DNA of 56,621 nucleotides, the filler included, from Catajapyx aquilonaris (taxonomy: Eukaryota), in assembly GCA_000934665.2 (NCBI GenBank). It is 2 parts of 2 records of this genome, joined end to end, with 100 filler letters (N's around TTAATTAATTAA, not from the genome) between each part and the next. Parts side by side here need not be neighbours in the genome. Positions count along the whole stretch, not along the records: positions 1 to 28,260 come from JYFJ02004941.1; 1 more part is not named here. One strand, written 5' to 3'. Shown here piece by piece: positions 12,548 through 23,991 of the stretch. Made by a program: the position numbers and the translations under genes. The notes under the pieces were generated by a model. The model saw only the letters and a list, made by a program, of their open reading frames with translations, made no database searches and was not told where the DNA came from. Within the stretch, counting starts at the first letter, position 1. The number at the start of each line of letters is the position of its first letter.

Positions 12548-13142
12548 AATTGAACTGTTCCCGTGGCCGTGCGATGCCCTCTCGCCAAGCGGGCGGGCGA
12601 GCCATCCCTGCCGGCAATCTGCAGGAGTCTTCGGCAATATGCAGACTTGCATTAAAAAATTCATGGATGCTGGAGGGGACCACTTTTGGTATATTCTTTA
12701 GTCAGACCTTGTTTGGCATGATACGAGGTAAGTACATGTCAATTTTCATCAGGAACCACACCGTAGTTAAAAAGTTATTGAGGAATGTTGGGTTTCCATT
12801 CGAGAGAGTCACCCTGTATAAGCTAGCACGTGATGCATTTTTCCCAATTCTGACCTCTGTTCCTGGGTTTACCTTTGTTCTCAGAAAAACAGATCACACC
12901 ACACAAGTGAAGATTTTCACCCACTTTTTAATTCTCAACCAAAAAATCCAGTGCAGTGTACCTTTAAGACTGCCTTAACAGCTACACAAAGTGATGCTCA
13001 AGCATAACCTGGGCACATCCTCCAGACAGGTAGTGATAAAATATAAGATAAAGAATCCATTTTCAAACTACATAAACAGACTCATGTTGGGTGCCCCATG
13101 TTCCAATCCTCCACAAACATTAGTAGACAACAAGAAACTCAC

Positions 13143-13295
13143 ATCTGAGTCAAGATCACAGCAGTAGCGGTATGCTTTGGCACTTAGCTGCCAGTCCTCC
13201 ACTTGCATTGCAGCATAGGCCAACTTGTACCACAATGGGACCTGCAGTTTGTTGATATCTAAAGATGCCTCCAGATGTGGGATGCACTCTGCAAA
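13143..13295 (-). CDS. TTC27: TTC27-like coding exon (TPR region)
   Basis: acatag|...|gtgagt. FAECIPHLEASLDINKLQVPLWYKLAYAAMQVEDWQLSAKAYRYCCDLDSD. Not in the ORF track. Confidence 0.93.
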
Positions 13296-13644
13296 CTATG
13301 TTATAAATGAAATTTGCTGTGAGGGTCATAGTGTACCAAATTCATACTCATCCAAATGTTCTGTTTCTCCTTTAGGCATGACTGGAATGACTCAGAGAAA
13401 GAAGGCATTTCTTTTGCTCATAACTTTAACAACTTGGCTCCCACACATGTATTACGTGTAACACACTTTGAGTAAAAAGTGTCATCTATTTGAAGGTCAA
13501 ATAAGCTTTCTCAATGGTGACATCATGTGCAGAATGATAAGGGTACATGTCCATACCTACTTGTTCTTGTAAGTCTGTGTATACCTCAAAAAGATCATCA
13601 AATGTAACTCAGTGAAAGTGGACACTGTTTCTGATATGTTACTG

Positions 13645-13875
13645 CAGCGGTTGAACCTTATAATTTTTGTCCACGTGCAAAGTTTGCACTCCAGACTTTC
13701 ATCTGGAGTGCAAATTACTTACTTGGAGTGCTTAATTTATAATTACTAGGTTTAGCCATGTTAAAAAACAGCACCAACTGGAGTGCAAACTTTGCACTCC
13801 ATGGCTCACTTTGGAGTGCAAATAATAATTTTGGAGTGCAAATTGCACCTTTGCATCCGAATATTTCGACCCCTG
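13645..13875. mobile_element. Small hAT-like MITE with repeated GGAGTGCAAA motifs
   Basis: CAGCGGTTGAA...TTCGACCCCTG ends, flanked by a gttactg duplication that overlaps the right terminus. Confidence 0.6.
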
Positions 13876-14157
13876 TTACTGGATGAAAAGAACTCCCAGA
13901 AGAAATTTAGGATCAAAAAAGGTATGCGTGGTTCTTCCAATTTATGTAAGAAATTATTTTGTATACTTTCATGAAACTGCATAGTAACAGGAGATGAAAT
14001 AAAACCCTCAGCACAAAGGTCAAGGCCAATGAATATTAACTACTTGTCATGTTGCTCAATTTTATCTAACCTACCCACCTCTACTAGTTCTTTTCTCAAT
14101 AACCCTTCCGTTGCCAAATTCATAATGATAGCACAAGTGCAATCATTAGCAGTAAAA

Positions 14158-14808
14158 CTGACTCCAAAGTGACTTTTCTTACCCTCCTGAATTTGGAAAA
14201 TTTTTGGATTTTCTGATTCTCCTTGGCCTGTAGTGTTGAGAAAACATCACTTCCGCTGCTAATTTCCACGTTAGCAGGGTGAATATACAGCCAAAAGGCA
14301 ATGTTCGGAAGACACAACACTTGCATCCGGTCGCAAGTCGCCGGCCATCGCCAACGAGGGATAAATAGGGTACAGGCAGGCCGTAACGGTCCGCCATCTT
14401 TGATGGTTTTGCCATGGCACTTCACGGCAAGAACACGCACGAATTTGAATATTTTTGCCATACTTACAGAATTAACACATAGAAAAGTGCATTAAAGGAG
14501 CTCATACTGCAAAAATATTCAAATTCGCGCGTGTTCTTGCCGTGAAGTGCCATGGCAAAACCATCAAAGATGGCGGACCTTTATGGCCTGCTTGTACCCT
14601 ATTTATTCCTCGTTGGCGATGGCCGGCGACTCGCGACCAGATGCAAGTGTTGTGGCTTCCGAACATCGCCTTTTGGCTATATATTCACCCTGCTAACGTG
14701 GAAATTAGCAGCGAAAGTGATGTTTTCTTAACACTACAGGCCAAGGAGAATCAGAAAAACCAACAAATTTCAAAATTCAGGAGGGTAAGAAAAGACACTT
14801 TGGTTCAG
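14158..14808. repeat. Foldback inverted duplication, ~300-bp arms with ~50-bp spacer
   Basis: 14158-14458 is the reverse complement of 14509-14808; the ORF track shows the same peptide on both strands. Confidence 0.92.
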
Positions 14809-15589
14809 AATGCTGTCAAAACCACAATTATAATTTAAGGTCAATTTAGTTTAATTTACTCTTTCAAGTTTCCCTGGCTCTGAAATTTTGAAAACTCTCA
14901 GGCTGTTAGTACTATGATTCCCCCCTCCAAAAATAATTCCTACAACTTTCCCACTTCCCATTAGATTTCCATAGATCCACAAAGGCTTATTCAAAATACT
15001 GCATTATGAGATCATGCTCTCAGTCAAGCAGATGGGAGTTCATGGCACCTGCACTACAGTGGTCATTTGTGTCTGAGATAAAAAGCAAAATAATGTCATA
15101 GTTTCTCGCTACAGTTAGCCCTGTCTTCACAGGACATTTCTAGTCAATTTTTGTTCCTGCACAATCTACTCATGACCAGGAACCAAGGGGACAAGGGATT
15201 CACTACAGCCATAAGGAAATTATATGGGTTCAAAATGTCAAGAAATGTATTTAAACAGAATTTGTGAAAATCAAAATTCTAAAGTCCAGTCTCTCCCATT
15301 CTATTTTAATCTTTAAATGCAATATTATGAAAAATAACTTTACACGTAACTGAGGGTGGATTACTTCACTGGTGAAAATCTTAGACCGATACTTCGAAGA
15401 TGTCCTTTGTTAAAACAATATCTGCATTTATGCATACTGAGTGTGGGGAAAAGAGTTACGTACCTTTGAAATAGTGAAATACAACTTCATGCCATTTTAC
15501 CATGGGTACCATTTAGTTTTATATTATGAAGAATCAAGAAAGTTTGTCACCATTACTCTGGTGTTACTGCCTAAAATGAGACTGGATAC

Positions 15590-15982
15590 CTTGTTCTGCT
15601 TGAATAGCAGTGTCCCCCACTGTGCTTTGGCCCTCCTGCTCTTCCCTTTGGACAGCTCCCATGCCCTCTGGTAGTGGTCTGTGTCCTGTGTGGCATCACC
15701 AAGGAGGCACCACATGCGAGGAGTCTCTTCTTTTGCTAGCTCCTGCCTAGCTATTTCCTCAGCCTTGTGCTTTAAACCCAAGGCATGGTAACAGATGATG
15801 ACTTCTTCCCACATCTCCAGCTCCAAATAAATATCCAGAGCAGACTTGAGCAGTGGAACAGCCAGAAGCATGTCTGCCATTTCCTTCTTAATTGTATGGC
15901 GTGCTGGCATGCCTGAACAATAGAAGTACTTGAGTCGGTTGTAGGATGTTGGCTTCTGCCTCAGGGTGCTGGATATTAACTC
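15590..15982 (-). CDS. TTC27: TTC27-like coding exon (TPR region)
   Basis: ttgcag|...|gtatcc. ELISS...SALDIYLELEMWEEVIICY...MWCLLGD...YQRAWELS...QNK. Confidence 0.95.
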
Positions 15983-16164
15983 CTGCAAAATAAACTCAAC
16001 TGTACTTCCCCATGTAAAGCAAACAATGGTTACTAATCACTCAATTGATCTATACCAGTGGTTCCCAATCTGGGGGTCACAAAGCATTTTCGAGGAGGTT
16101 GCGGACCCTGCGGTTATTTTTACTTGCAATAAATTTTAAAGGAAATTTCACTAAGAAGGTTTTT

Positions 16165-16425
16165 GTTTGTGGGTTTGTTTGATTTGTTTTTATACCCCAT
16201 TGGGAGAATCGGCGCTCCATTAGGGGGGTGGAATACCACCATTAGATGGGGCCAAGGATAGGGAAGGAAGGAAGCGGCTGTGGCCTGTTATACAGAAGCG
16301 ACCCAGTAATTATCCTGGGGGGACCATGGAAAACCAGGGTCAGGATTGCCGGCCCCGAGATTCGAACCCAGGACCTCCCAATTAGCAGTCTGGCTCCTTA
16401 ACCCCTATACCAACCTGCTTCGGTT
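16165..16425 (-). mobile_element. tRNA-derived SINE, family B (shorter copy)
   Basis: B box GGTTCGAATC, core aggccacagccgcttccttcc, (caaa)n-like tail, TSD cta(a/t)gaaggttttt. A 3' fragment of the same family lies at ~7505-7567 (+). Confidence 0.82.
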
Positions 16426-16578
16426 CTATGAAGGTTTTTAAAACACTTATATGTTTTAATATGTCATCACTACATTAATCTTCTACTAATACTTGGGGGG
16501 GGGGGACAGAGAGACAGAGAGAGGGAGAGAGAGAGAGGGTCCGTTACGGACAGGTTTCACTCTTTGTACAATACTATA

Positions 16579-16993
16579 CAGGGTGGACCAACTTCAAGTG
16601 TCGTTTTATAACGGCTACTAATAGAAGCGCTTTACGATTGACGTAGCAGCGACGTGTAAAATGTCCCACTTCGGCGCCATCGAAAATATTAGCTGCCAAT
16701 ATTAGCGTACATGTAATGAACCTGCTGCAATGAGTGCAACCACATGCGGCACCAATGCCAATCCGGCAGTCCGCAAAGAAGGCATTTCACCCAGGCGCGC
16801 ATCTCAGGTCATGTGTGCACCTATTTTTTCCAGGTCAACCCAGCAGCAGGGTTGATTACATGTGTGCTGCTATTGGCAGCTAATATTTTCAATGGCGCCG
16901 AAGTGGGACATTTTACACGTCGCTGCTACGTCATCGCAAAATCACTGCTATTAATCGCCGTTATAAAACGACACTTGAAGTTGGTCCACCCTG
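16579..16993. mobile_element. Tc1/mariner-type MITE, copy 2
   Basis: TA|CAGGGTGGACCAACTTCAAG...CTTGAAGTTGGTCCACCCTG; highly similar to 2894-3298. Confidence 0.9.
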
Positions 16994-17030
16994 TTTATGG
17001 ATAATTCTTTTTACACCTGTGCTATTTTTT

Positions 17031-17402
17031 TGGGCTTGCTACATCATGAATTTGCCGTGATTACTTAGGATCGGAAAAAACTGATCACTAGCTTGCAACA
17101 TGGGGTCCTTTTTGGACCCCAAGATGACTTGTGAATGTTTAAATGACGTTAACTTCCTTTAGAAATTTTTTTTGTCACTCATAATTTTTTTTCAGGTGTC
17201 AAAGAGTAGGAATATAGGTGTGGGAATTTTAATTTTGACAAAAACATGCTTCAGGGTGGTGACATAAGTATACCCAGGGGTCCAAAAAGGACCCCAAGTT
17301 GCAAGTTAAGGGTTAAGGGCTCCGGATACCTAAGTGATTTTTCAGAATCGCGTTCCAAGTTTGGCCGATTCACAGGTTCCGCATTCTCTCTGCACCCCCG
17401 AT
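17031..17402 (+). repeat. Direct repeat copy 1 (~370 bp) containing a piggyBac-like MITE remnant
   Basis: Near-identical to 18971-19347; internal inverted repeat cttgcaacatggggtcctttttggacccc / ggggtccaaaaaggaccccaagttgcaag ending GGG|TTAA. Confidence 0.92.
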
Positions 17403-17624
17403 AATGATAATGAATTTTTTAAACTTAACTTATTTTATAAGTTCAAACACACACCACCTGTTTCTTATCTGATACTAATAATAATCAGTGAAAATGCAGT
17501 AAATACCAATGATTACAAGACCCGGTTGTATCTCCTTTATGACAATAATGAATAATACAACAATTTTGTCGGTCTCTTTTCCAGCTGGAAATTGTTTCCT
17601 GTTGGTGGTGCAATTGGACCTAAG

Positions 17625-18005
17625 TAGAGAGCCTTATTGAAGAAGAGAGTCGCCAACTCATTCAGTAAGGTCGTCTCTGATTGGCTGGAGTCATTTTGGA
17701 GTGTTACGTGTCCTGTGATGGGCTCCATTGTGAATTGCTATGGAAACAGTATTATAAAACGGCGGAAACAGTGGCCGGCTCTGACGTCACGATCGATACT
17801 ATCAATTGTATAGTTCAGCCCTTCCGGCTGCATCCAAATTGTACGAGGGCATTCGAATATCGTTCTTTCGGCCTCCATTTCCATAGTTTTAGAATACTGT
17901 TTCCATTGCAATTCAAGATAGGACAAGTAAAAAAATTACTCCAGCCAATCATAGACGACCTTACATAATAAGTTGGCGACTCTCAGTCTTCTTCAAGGCT
18001 CTCTA
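17625..18005. mobile_element. hAT-type MITE
   Basis: TAGAGAGCC...GGCTCTCTA with ~75-bp imperfect TIRs and a perfect 8-bp TSD GACCTAAG (17617, 18006). Confidence 0.88.
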
Positions 18006-18233
18006 GACCTAAGCGAATGAAATTCACCCCACGATTCCTCCGTTTTGTTCGAACTCTCGCCTCATAATCGCGAATAAAGCATACGTTATTTGCCTGTCTC
18101 TGTAATAATGAGTATATTTCATGGTCCCCGGTTGGCACCCTGCTGTTGACTGTGGTTGCCTGGAAAACCAGCCCAACAAAACGTCGATTTTGATTTCAAA
18201 TAGGTCAGAAGGTTTTGTTCCATCAGAATAAAG

Positions 18234-18672
18234 ATGTCAGACAAACGCGATGAGGTAGGTCCAGAGTGTGTCTTCAGAACAAATAATAATGAGTGGAAAT
18301 GCGGTACCAATGATTTAATCCAGAGCCAATTTCCCTATATTACAGGCACTGCCGAGAGAAATCTGCACCATGATGCTCGACTTTGTGACCGACCAAGTGT
18401 CGATGTTGATGCGCCTAAGGGAGCAACAATCTTCCTTATCCACCGCCAATCAGGCTTGTCATGTCATGGAGGCAAATGATGACAATGAGGAGGATGGAAC
18501 CGTCGGGAACCCACCCTTGCTTCCTCCAGATGTAGCAGACAACCTGCAAGCAAACATGCAGGAGGAGGAGGAGATGGACCAGGATGATGGCAGTGGAGAG
18601 CAGAACACCAATGATGGGGATGAGCCAGATCCCGATGAGTACGGCCCAACAAAAAGGATGAAGATGGAATAG
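18234..18672 (+). CDS. Putative two-exon gene for a 115-aa acidic protein (exons 18234-18254 and 18346-18672), nested antisense in a TTC27 intron
   Basis: ATG...GAG|gtaggt ... ttccctatattacag|GCA joins in frame over a 91-nt intron; D/E-rich C-terminal half ending PTKRMKME; AATAAA near 18792. Confidence 0.55.
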
Positions 18673-18970
18673 ATTCTCCATTTCAAGCACATATACCTTC
18701 AAACCCGTGGTATATGGAACAACTCAGCTTATTGACGCCTTATATGCTCATATTTACTGTCTTGAAGGTCGTTTATTGCCATTTGAGGCTAAATAAAACC
18801 TGCAAAAAATAACAAATGCTAATTATTTCTTGACATTTCAGTAATGTCTTTTTGAGGGCGGAAGATATCTGCGTGACGGATTGGGAATTTGGTTTGGCTT
18901 GGTTTAATGGGGGAACCGAGGTAACTCAGGGCATGCAGTAAGGGGATCGGAGGATGGGAGAGAAGTAGGA

Positions 18971-19347
18971 TGTGCTTGCTACATCATGAATTTGCCGTGA
19001 TTACTTAGGATCGGAAAAAACTGATCACTAACTTGCAACGTGGGGTCCTTTTTGGCCCCCAAGATGACTTGTGAATGTTTAAATGACGTTAACTTCCTTT
19101 AGAAATTTTTTTCGTCACTCAATTTTTTTTCAGGTGTCAAAGAGTATATTTCAGGAGTATAGGTGTGGGAATTTTCATTTTGACAAAAACATGCTTCAGG
19201 GTGGTGACATAAGTATACCCTGGGGTCCAAAAAGGACCCCATGTTGTAAGTTAAGGGTTAAGGGCTCCTGATACCGAAGTGATTTTTCAGAATCGCGTTC
19301 CAAGTTTGGCTGTTTCACAGGTTCCGCATTCTCTCTGCACCGCCGAT
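18971..19347 (+). repeat. Direct repeat copy 2
   Basis: Near-identical to 17031-17402 with small indels. Confidence 0.92.
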
Positions 19348-20066
19348 GCAGGCGTCATGCTGGAGGTACGGAGCAGAAATTTTCATAGAATGCGAGGAAG
19401 GGCCAATCTGGAATACCAAGGTACCATGCTAGGGGTAAGAAGGGAAGGAGCAATGCCTGGAGTGGTTGCATACAAATATAATTGCAGTGTACCTTTAATT
19501 GTGTTCCGAGACGAATTGCTACCACGAATTCCACAAATGAATGTAAAGAACATTGTTTGTAGGATAAAGCACTATGTGAGTGATCAATTGAGTGGCATTT
19601 AACTTTTCAGAATTCATCCGTTCTGCTTTTTCAGCAGCAATTGAGTCCTAATGTTCTCATTGCTTGTTTGTCATTATTTTGGTCAATATTTTAGAACTAT
19701 AATTTTTTTCTCGTTTCTTATTGGAAAAATGTTCTGAAAATGCAACAGGAACTGACAATTGTGTTACACAATTTGTCTTGAGTCTCATCAGAAGGATCGC
19801 GCAATGATTTAGCCCAAAATGCTTCCCACTTTCATCCTGTGTGGAATTTCTGGGAGGAATCTCCACTAGACTAACCATATGGGGGGGACTCACAAAAGGA
19901 CTAGCAATGATATTGCACTTGCACCTTGCACCTCCCCTCCTGCCTGCAGACCCAGGCACTTTGTTGAAGAGGGACACACAAACTGCATCGCTGATGAGGA
20001 AAATAAAGGCCCATGCAAGACCTCTCTGAGGTAAGCACTATAGCCTGTTACTATTACAGTCATTAT

Positions 20067-20961
20067 CAGGGTTGGCATGATTATAATCAATTGATTATAA
20101 TCATTGATTATAATCATGATTATAATCAACTGATTAATAATGAAAAATCTTTATTATAATCAATAATAATAATAATAATAATAATAATAAGCCCATGAGG
20201 TAGCAGGTGTTATTTGATTCCACTAAAGAAGTTAAAATGTTGAAAGGCTAAAAAAATATCCTACCATAGAACCATAGTACCATGTACAGTCAAACCTCGT
20301 TTAACATCAGGGATAGCCGGATAGGTTCGTGACTTCGTGGAAAGTGAAACATTATTACAGTAATCATTTAATCTTATGGGAATTGGGAAATAGGGGGATA
20401 GGTTCCTGGGGGACCAGGTTCGTCATACATTTATCCTACCAATAATCACAAACTCACCAGTCAAAAAGTTAAAAGTTAAAAGTCTTGACTCTTGACTTAT
20501 TGTATATGTAGTAAAATACAGTTTAATTATCATAATCAGTACATGAGAACATGACAGAGCCACAGAGGTAGTACATCAGGCACTGCTTTCTGCGTAATAA
20601 AGATACAGTAGTGTACAATAATACTGTAAGTGTTACAGACTTACAGGTATGTACACAGGTACACTACTGAATAGTGTAGTAGGCTAGTCGCTCCCAAGCG
20701 GAATCCGTGTTAAACGAGGATTGACTGTATATTGTAGAATGCACTTTCCTTGGAATGTAACATGTTTGACAATATTGACATACATTTCTTGATTTTCTTC
20801 AAATGGCAGGTGGTGTTTTTATCAGGAAAATGAAATAAAGTGCTGTACTACAAATAATAACATTCAAAATAATCCGATTATAATCAAAATAATCTGATTA
20901 TAATCAAAATAATCCGATTATTTGATTATTTTAAAATAATCATTGATTATTGCCAACCCTG
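20067..20961. mobile_element. hAT-like non-autonomous element with GATTATAATC subterminal arrays, hosting a Tigger-like MITE
   Basis: CAGGGTTGGCA...TGCCAACCCTG, flanked by a cattat duplication. Confidence 0.8.
20287..20727. mobile_element. pogo/Tigger-like MITE
   Basis: TA|CAGTCAAACCTCGTTTAAC ... GTTAAACGAGGATTGACTG|TA. Confidence 0.88.
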
Positions 20962-21288
20962 CATTATCATCATCATATGGACATGAAAACCAAGAACACA
21001 AATTGAATTTGAAATTCAGTCCACATACTCTTCTTTGAATATTACATACAGCAATCGACAATAAAATTATCTATAGGAATTCAAAAGTAATGGCTGTTTT
21101 TGTCACTGCACACTTCTTTTGGGCATCCTGCCTGATCATTTGCTTTCGCAGTTCTTATGAACTTTAACAATCCTCATTCCATGGGATCAGTGACTCCAGC
21201 TTCTCTTGGTACCACCTTATCGCTTATGTCATCTTGGAACAAAATAGCTACAGTATGCATCAATCAACTTCCCCTTTGCACTCCTTAC

Positions 21289-21402
21289 CTCACACTGCTT
21301 GATAGCCCGGTCTACGGTCCGTGAATGCCCAAACTCCAGCTTGCAACGATGCAAAAGGGCAGCCATCTTGATGCTCCAAACAGTGGGATGCCCTAAAACT
21401 CC
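21289..21402 (-). CDS. TTC27: TTC27-like coding exon
   Basis: ttttcag|...|gtaagg. GVLGHPTVWSIKMAALLHRCKLEFGHSRTVDRAIKQCE resembles the family W..ALL.R.KLE...R.V.RA..Q block. Confidence 0.92.
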
Positions 21403-22084
21403 CTGAAAAACAAAATGTGCTTGTCATGTGACAACTAGTCAACAATTGAATTATGGAAATCAAAACTGCACAATGTTGCATTTTCAAGATTTGCGAATTT
21501 CAACCTTATTGAACGAAGCCTATAATTACAAAATAAAGGATCGCTCATGCATGATATTGGCATCCACAGAAAGATGCAGCGAAACTGTCGACATACCAGG
21601 TGGTACGACCCCCTTGAGTTGAACGACAACTGAATGGCAAGCAACAGTTGGACCCCACCACAGAGGCCGACAAAAACATAGCGTGGTTTTGATTCCACAC
21701 TGTCGTGGAATGTAAAACCACACCATGTTGAGCGAAAATCAAATTTATGGTGCACGCAACTTGCAATTAAGATTCGCAGAATACAGTGCTGGAAAAATTG
21801 TTCCAGCAAAACTGAACCCATACCAGGTGGTTCGATACTCTTTGCTCGAACAGGAGCCATATGGTGATCAGTAGTAGTACACCCCCACAACTCACCTGAA
21901 CATATTGCGCTTTTAGGTTCCATGGAATACTGAGTGAAAAGGAACATGAATGGACCAAAAAGTGCATGGAATGTAAGTCCTAATATGTGACACACCTCTA
22001 TACGTATTTAGAAGACCCGTATGTGTCACTGGACCAAAGGAATCAGGATCCCAGTGTACCTAGATTCCTTGCTATTACACTCAC

Positions 22085-22151
22085 AGTTAAATATGGCATG
22101 AGCTCCTCCTTCTGCAAAGCATCATGTGGCGAGGTCATTTTCACCTTACAG
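22085..22151 (-). CDS. TTC27: TTC27-like coding exon
   Basis: ttgcag|...|gtgagt. (Y)CKVKMTSPHDALQKEELMPYLT; phases match. Confidence 0.88.
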
Positions 22152-22213
22152 CTGCAATAAATTTATCAAGTCAGATTTCATCAGAATAATTATAATGTTG
22201 TTATAGTACATAC

Positions 22214-22326
22214 TAATTAGAAAGAAGTACAGCTTGTTCCAATGGTGAGAGTGCTGGAATTAAGCCATCTTCTGAATTCTGGAAGTTGATCTTGTCAAAG
22301 CGAAGATCGTCATCAAGCTGGAAATC
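22214..22326 (-). CDS. TTC27: TTC27-like coding exon
   Basis: atgtag|...|gtatgt. DFQLDDDLRFDKINF...LSPLEQAVLLSN; phases match flanking exons. Confidence 0.88.
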
Positions 22327-22410
22327 CTACATTTGCACGAAGAAATATGATTTCAAATGCAACTACTCAAAATTGCAATATTAAAATATTATTAAAAAGT
22401 ATTACAGTAC

Positions 22411-22526
22411 CTTGGGCAAATATTGTTCATCTACTAATGGCACATCTGCAGAATTAGTCTTGGTTATTTTCAGCATCGGCTGTGCCACTAGCAATTGCTG
22501 GTAACGAGTACGTTTTCCCAATGCTC
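22411..22526 (-). CDS. TTC27: TTC27-like coding exon
   Basis: aaacag|...|gtactg. GALGKRTRYQQ...YLPK contains the recalled GALGKRT(R/K)(F/Y)Q family motif. Not in the ORF track. Confidence 0.92.
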
Positions 22527-22585
22527 CTGTTTAAGTATAGGTTCTAGAAATATTATCAGGCTACATTCGTAATAAGAAAACTAAC

Positions 22586-22844
22586 CTCCTATTGAAATAT
22601 CCATCCCAGACATATCTGTGGCTAGCTGGATCTGCTTCTCGCAATTCAAGATCCTGTGGTAGAGTGCATAAGCCTGTGCTGCTTCAAGGCGAAACAAAAT
22701 TTCCAGCATTTCAGGACCATGATTCTTAAAGTATTTGCCAGTATTGTAAATAGAAGCTTCAATTTCTTCCCAAAGGGTTGGAGACTTCTCATTCAACAGA
22801 CACTGATGAATTAGAAGATATCTGAGGTTCCACCAAGTGGGTGT
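22586..22844 (-). CDS. TTC27: TTC27-like coding exon
   Basis: ttctttcag|...|gttag. TPTWWNLRYLLIHQCLLNEKSPTL...SIG; phase consistent with neighbouring exons. Confidence 0.9.
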
Positions 22845-23097
22845 CTGAAAGAAGAAAATCCCATTTCTGTTGCCCATTACAACTCAGGTTCTAATCTAGC
22901 AAAGCATAAGATAGAACATAAACAGTGATATTTGATGCCACCCATTCCAAGAATTTTCACAATAGTTGGGGAAAAACCCACCAGCTCACATACACCCACA
23001 TCAGTTATAAAATCACAGACACTAATATTCATTCTCCTCCATCTTCTTGATGCTCACCCATGGCAGGTATTAATTATACCATTGGAAACTCCAGGAA

Positions 23098-23361
23098 ATG
23101 AGCTGTCCAATAGGATGCATATGGACCAGTATACTGGCCAAGGCCATCCGCACTCAACACTCGAGAGTGCGAGCTAATAACGTCAAAATGAGCTTGCCTG
23201 GATGTGGCCTGGTCACCTCCCCCTGCCCGGGATGTGTCAGCATGGGAGGCGACAGAGAGGACACATTGCACACGATTTATTCCCATCCCGTGAGGCTGGC
23301 ACTCACAATCTCTCATTGGCCCTCAATCACATCATCCCCCAGCTACCGAAATCACAACTAG
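23098..23361 (+). pseudogene. Possible decayed 3' fragment of a non-LTR retrotransposon ORF2 (C-terminal zinc-knuckle region)
   Basis: GLVTSPCPGC...EDTLHTIYSHP resembles the SPxCxxC...E(T/D)xxH...CP motif; GC-richer than the surrounding intron. Confidence 0.35.
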
Positions 23362-23991
23362 ATACCACCAGAACCCTTGAGCATGCCCACTCCCCATCGT
23401 GCGACATACATCATCAGACTCACACTCACGAGTTGGAGTGTGGATGGCCTCGGTCAGTATACGGGTAATGGTTAAGAGAGATATGAACACTGCTTACAGA
23501 AATTCTGCTTATTTAACTGTTTTCTAACATGAAGAGAATATCACATTACTTATTGCACTTTTAGAACACCAGAACTCCCCCATATCTGTAATATACAGTT
23601 TTGTGGTTAATATCACTGTTTCTTAGTTCCATATTGCTCCTATGACACCGGTACAATTTTTTTCCGTAAATGATCGGTTATCCAAACACCCCACTCTGTT
23701 CGGATAATCGATGCTCCACTGTATTTAATTTTCGTAAATTATAAACTGAAGGCTTCAATCGAATTTTGATACAGCCGTTCAAAAGTGTCGTTTCAAAAAT
23801 TAAATCGAGTCATACAAAAAATGGTCAATAAAGGTCATTTTAATTTTTGGTACATAATGTGTGGAATTTTCACTGTGGCGGTATTTCCACCCGCTCGCTC
23901 GCTCTCATGCTTGAAACAAATAGTGCTGTGGCTGTGTTGAAAGCAGTGAGATTTAGACAGCATGCAAAGAAGCAAGTAGTGAGATAAAACT

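Larger units (their letters stand above)
11396..12816. mobile_element. Tc1/mariner-type MITE (~210-bp TIRs) carrying two nested SINEs
   Basis: TA|CAGGGTGATTCTCCCGAATGGAAACCC ... GGGTTTCCATTCGAGAGAGTCACCCTG|TA. Confidence 0.9.

Noticed and set aside
21706..21990. TGGAATGTAA(A/G), matching the 5' end of miR-1/miR-206
   Set aside because: The sequence diverges after 10-11 nt and the hairpin is better supported on the opposite strand; not a miR-1 gene.
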